Shown here: in pieces, positions 59,104-64,000 of the stretch
Layout: each line of letters begins with the position of its first letter
Numbering within the stretch: position 1 is the first letter of the stretch
NCBI RefSeq assembly: GCF_009914755.1
Contig: NC_060933.1
Reading direction: 5' to 3' (one strand)
From: the human T2T-CHM13v2.0 reference genome, Homo sapiens
Length of the DNA: 64,000 nucleotides
Made by a program: the position numbers and the translations under genes
The notes under the pieces: generated by a model
What the model was told of the DNA's origin: nothing
What the model saw: only the letters and a program-made list of their open reading frames with translations
Database searches by the model: none

Positions 59104-59314
59104 GACCTTGAAATGCCATGTGCTTTCCAGACCAAGGGCAGAGTGACCTTGACACGCCATGTGCTCTCCAGTCCTAGGTCAGAGAGAGACCTGGAAATGC
59201 CACGTGCTCTCCAGACCAAGGGCAGAGTGACCTGGAAGTTCCGTTTGCTCTCCAGACCAAGGGCAGGGAGAGACCTGCAAATGCTATATACTCTTCAGAC
59301 CAAGGGCAGAGAGT
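59104..59314. repeat. Five-copy 41/43-bp tandem repeat in the ERV leader
   Basis: Unit gacct(t/g)gaaatgccatgtgctctccagaccaagggcagag...; starts at 59104, 59145, 59188, 59229, 59272. Confidence 0.85.
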
Positions 59315-61206
59315 GATGCTCACTGTCGGGGGGAGCCTTCTGTTTCTAGAAAATCTCAAAGACGCCTTCCCTTGAGCTATATCCCCTACAACGTTTCCTG
59401 ATCTTGCCAAACAAAATAACTGAACTGTAAAACTTCGCTCACATAGCATACACAGAGAGAATAGGAGATATGACAGTCGCAGACAGGAAAGGAGGAAATT
59501 ATGATAGAAAAGTTGGAGATCCTGTTGCCAACACCCCATCAGGTGGTCAGAGACTGGGATCAGTCCAGAAGCCTTTGGATAACACCTGAAGGTAGCCCCA
59601 GCCAGAAATCCTCAGTTGCTCTAGAACCTCTTACAGCCCCGCACAATGGCTAAGTCCTCCATGAAAGGAAGCTGGTTCAAACATGGCCAACATGCCCAGC
59701 AACCCATGGGTGCTGGGGGATTCTCCATTTTCTTCCCAGTAAATCTCACATCTGAGTCTTTAAGAATGGCAGCCACGCTAACCGTGTTTTTAACTGGCTG
59801 ACAGATGCCCATTATTGATTTGATTTAGTTCTAAAGTGGAGGCCAACAGCCCCAAAATGAAAGGACAGAGTTGGATTCCACTCCTCTACTCACCGTTTTG
59901 ATGAGCGTTGTACCTTGGTATCCTGAGTGAGCACCCTGACATGATTGGCTATGTTGTCTGGGGTAAATACCCAGCGTCTGTCATCTCGTGCCAGAAAAAT
60001 TTAGGACACGGACACATACGAGGAGTTTAGGAATGGAGGTTTAATAGGCAAGAGAAAGAGAAACAAAAAGAAAGGAAAACAGCTCTCTCTCTAGTGTGAG
60101 AGGGGAATTCTGAGAGCAAAAGGTGGACTGGCGGCGGATGTGCCGGATTTTATAGTCTTAAGGAGGCAGTGTCTGATTTACATAGGGCTCACAAATTGGT
60201 TCAATCAGGTGTGAGCTTTACATAGTACTCAGGGAAGGCTGGCCACCCCACCCTAATCTTTTTATGCAAATGGAACTTTCCCCTTGGCTGATGCCATCTT
60301 GTCTGCTCCTTACTATACACATGGCTGACAGAGAAGGGAAGATGGAGCCACTATTTTGAACATGATTGGCACACCTGCCAGCATGTATGTCTGCAGCTTG
60401 ATTTTACAGGCTGCTCTTTGTTAGAAAATGATTTGGGGCTGCTTCTTATTAAAAGGAAAACCTTACCAAGGACTTCTGTACCCTTATTATCTGCCTAAGT
60501 GAGTTCTTCTTAACTCCTGTATCAGTGTGCCCCCTTTCCACGCCAAACCAATGTATACTTAACATGTATCAACTTTTGTCTTTGCCTTAAAATGTATAAA
60601 ACCAGTCTGTAACCCAAAAACCTTGGGCACATGTTCTCAGGACCTCCTGAGGCTGTGTCACAGGCCATGGTCCTTAACCTTGGCAAAAGTAACCTCTAAA
60701 TTGATTGAGATCTGTCTCAGATACTTTTTTGTTTACATCCTCATAGCTGTTTTGTTAAATCTTGTCCCTGATTTTAGCCTTTTTTACCTTATTTCTGATT
60801 TTAGCCTTTTCCTTCCAAGAAAAGGGTGTTCATAAGGTCTCAAATACCCTTTTTCATAATTCTCAGAGGGCCATACTGGCCCTGAAAAATACTTTTTAAA
60901 GTTAGTCCTGAGGATTCTGTTTTAAAAAGCTAGATCTGTCTGCACAGACAGAATATTCAGCTTTGTTAGAGTTGTTTTTTTTCCTCCCCCTCCTTCACAA
61001 ACATCTTGCTAGCCAGTCAGAACAGCTGAGTCAACTGTGGTCAGTTGGCTGAGAGATGTCACGGTCCATCTTTATGTCCAAATATTTGACAAATGTAAAA
61101 ATATAGCTGAATATGCAAATTAATTATTGTAACCATGCTAATACACATACACATATACATGCATACATATATATACAGGGCAGTGGGATTATATACTATT
61201 CCTATC

Positions 61207-61401
61207 TTTTGTTTTTTCATTTCTATCTTTTAAAATGTTAAGTTTTAAATAAGAAATGGTGGTTATTGTATTTTTGTTTTTCATGTCTATCTTTTAAAAT
61301 GTTAAGTTTTAAATAAGAAATGGTGGTTATTGTATTTTTGTTTTTCATGTCTATCTTTTAAAATGTTAAGTTTTAAATAAGAAATGGTGGTTATTGTATT
61401 T
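61207..61401. repeat. 64-bp AT-rich minisatellite, 3 near-identical copies
   Basis: tttttgtttttcatgtctatcttttaaaatgttaagttttaaataagaaatggtggttattgta; tcat recurs at 61217, 61281, 61345. Confidence 0.92.
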
Positions 61402-62749
61402 GGGAGGTGATACACCTTTTTACTTCTAGATTCTGAAATAGATGGGTTACAAACAAGGGAACTAGTGCCACAATGTTTGGAAATTGTTCCATGCATAGAA
61501 CTGGCTAGAACAAGGCAAGTTAGCCATTCCCTGTGCCTGAGGAACCAGGTCACTGGCTGCAGAGTCAGTGTGAATAGGATTATTTCCCATAATCCCTTGT
61601 AGCTTTGGTTCTATATCAAGGTCAGAGAGACTCAGGAGCGGAAGTTACATGTTTTTTTGAGGGTTAGGTACAGTTCTTATATATTCTCCTATTTCTGCCT
61701 TTACTTGTAAAGATCTTGGGGAGGATGCTCTGCCCAGGCATTTTCTCTTTATCCCTGACTTCCAGGGTTTTCATATTGGCTGGAGTTTTATAAGAACCTC
61801 AGTGTTTTGTAATGAATATTTCTTTTCCACACATCTTTTCTGTTTTTACATATTGTAGTAGTAATATGGATGAGGCAGGAATTGTGTGCTGAAGTACCTC
61901 CCAGCTTTGACTCTGAAAATACTACTTTTTAAAAATCTATTTATTTATTTATTTTCTTTTTTTGAGGCATGGTCTTGCTCTGTTGCTCAGGCTGGAGTGC
62001 AGTAGTACGATCATGGCTGACTGCATCCTTGACCTCCTAGGCTCAAGCAATCCTCCCACCTCAGCCTCCAGAGAAGCTGAGACTGCAGGCATGTGCCACC
62101 ATGCCCAGCTAATTTTTAATTTTTTTGTAGAGACAGGATCTCCCTATGTTGCCCAGGCTGGTCTTGAGCTCCTGTGCTCAAGCATTCCTCCTGCTTCAAT
62201 CTCCCAAAACGTTGGGATGACAGGCTTGACCTACTGAACCTGGCCTAAATATTTATTTTAAATTAGCTTCATAATTAGATGAATATCAAGTTTATTCAAT
62301 CTGGTATTTTTTAACAGTCTTGAGGAAGTAGTTGATATTGATTGAGCAATATAGTGCTTTCTTATTTAAATATTTAATGTTTTCCTTTTTTCTTTTTTTT
62401 GAGACAGAGTCTCGCTCTCTCACCGAGGCTGGGGGGCAGTGGTGTGATCTTGGCTTACTACAGCCTCCGCCTTCCAGGTTCAAGCAATCCTCCCACCTCA
62501 GTCTCCTGAGTAGCTGGGACTACAGGTGTGTGCCCCCACACCCGGCTAGTTTTTGTATTTTTAGGAGAGATGGGGTTTCACCATGTTGGCCAGGCTGGTC
62601 TTGAACTCCTGGCCTCAAGTGATCTGCCTGCCTCAGCCTCCCAAAGTGTTGGGATTACAGGCCAGAGCCACTACACCCAGCCATTTTTCAAAACCCCTGT
62701 TTGTTTTAATATGTGATATGTTTTCAGAACACCTGCTTATTTTAATATG

Positions 62750-63134
62750 TGATACGGTTTGGATTTGTGTCCCCACTCAAATCTCATGTCGAATTGTATT
62801 GTAATCCCTAACGTTGGAGGAGGGGCCTGGTGGGAGGTGATGGGCCATGGGGGCGGACTTCCCCCTTGCTGTTCTTGTGACAGTGAGTTCGTTCTCATGA
62901 GATCTTGTTGTTTAAATTTGTAGTACCTCTCCCACCTTCTCTCCCTCCTGCTCCAACCGGGTAAGATGTGCCTGCTTCCCCTTTGCCTTCCGCCATGATC
63001 CTAAGTTTCCTGAGGCATCCCTTGCCATGCTTCCTGTACAGCCTGTGGAACTGTGAACCAATGAAACCTCTTTTTTAAATAAATTACCCAGTCTCAGATA
63101 GTTCTTTATAGCAATGTGAGAACAGACTAATACA
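62750..63134 (+). mobile_element. MSTA-type MaLR solo LTR
   Basis: tgatacggtttggatttgtgtcccc...gaacagactaataca; 5-bp TSD atatg on both sides. Confidence 0.88.
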
Positions 63135-63295
63135 ATATGCGAACCATTAGGAGATATATAAGGATTTAAAAACTTTAAAAAACATATCTACACATCTGTT
63201 TAAATCTTATCAGTTAAGGTAATAATGTTAACACCCCACTTGGTGTATATCTTTCCATACTTATCTTCCTATTCATAACATGTGTTCAAGCATAT

Positions 63296-64000
63296 TGATA
63301 GGATTTGGATCTATGTCTCTACCAAATCTCACGTCGAATTGTAATCCCCAGTTTTGGAGGTGGAGCCTGGTGGTAGGTGATGGATCATGGGAGCGGAGTT
63401 CTCATGAATAGGTCAGCACCATCTGCTTGGTGCTTTTCTCCTGTGAGTGAGTAAGTTCTCTTGAGATGTGATTTTTTTAAGGTGTGTGGTATCTTCTCCC
63501 TCTCTCTGTTCCTTTTGCTCTGGCCATGTAATATGCGCCTGCTTCTCCTTGGCCTTCTGCCATGATCATACGTTTCCTGAAGCAGATGCTGTGATGCTTC
63601 CTGTACAGCCTACAGAACTGTGGGCTAATTAAATATTAAATCTCTTTTCTTTATACAGTATGTAGTCTCAGGTATTTCTTTATAGCAGTACGAGAACAGA
63701 CTAATACAGAAAATTGGTATCAAGGAGTGAAGCATTGCTATAAAGATACCTGAAAATGTGAAAGTGACTTGGGAACTGGGTAATGGGCAGAGGTTGGACG
63801 AGTGTGGAGGGCTCAGAAGAAGATAGAAGGATGAGGGAAAAATTGGACTGTCTTAGAGACTTGTTAAATTGTTGTGACCAAAATGTTGATAGTGATATGG
63901 ACAGTGAAGGCCAGGCTGAGGAGTTTTCAGATGGAGATGAGGAACTTACTGGGAACTGGAGCAAAGTCAGTTTTGTTATGTGTTAGCAAAGAGGTTGGAG
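63296..64000 (+). mobile_element. MSTA-type MaLR 5' LTR (63296-63708) plus start of MST internal sequence
   Basis: LTR ends gaacagactaataca, then gaaaattggta...ttgctataaagatacctgaaaatgtg...gagggctcagaagaaga (MaLR internal). Confidence 0.85.

Noticed and set aside
59104-59314. CRISPR-like array
   Set aside because: Units are homologous along their whole length with no unique spacers; eukaryotic ERV context. The same applies to the SVA VNTR and the 84-bp zinc-finger repeats.
62704-62760. ttttaatatgtgata repeated just upstream of the MST LTR junction
   Set aside because: Short and AT-rich; a small local duplication or chance match with no interpretable function.

Overview
Hominoid (ape or human) genomic DNA, rich in Alu and ERV sequence. 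The only host-gene coding sequence is the CpG-island first exon of UNC13B (Munc13-2): ATG at 27484, MSLLCVR, then a GT donor. Everything from 27.5 kb to 64 kb is its first intron. Upstream lies a stack of nested class I ERVs: a MER41 LTR with internal sequence, a MER52 provirus, an LTR-less MER4-group internal that starts exactly at its tRNA-Arg PBS, a two-LTR HERV-H provirus with a Phe-like PBS, and a MER4E solo LTR. A ZNF98/ZNF492-type KRAB zinc-finger retrocopy with a 16-bp TSD and only one frameshift sits inside the MER52 provirus. The intron holds a full-length antisense SVA_A-type element, a HUERS-P3/LTR9-type provirus nested in a MER4 LTR, MST MaLRs, MER30, L3/L1 fragments, several dozen Alus and small tandem repeats. 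There is no CRISPR or prokaryotic content, and most ORF-track entries are Alu, VNTR or LTR artefacts. The best candidates for something new are a possible HERV-H- or CpG-island-driven truncated KRAB-ZFP retrogene and a provirus that appears to be joined to host DNA at the CCA end of its PBS copy. Family names come from recalled consensus sequences, not from a database search.
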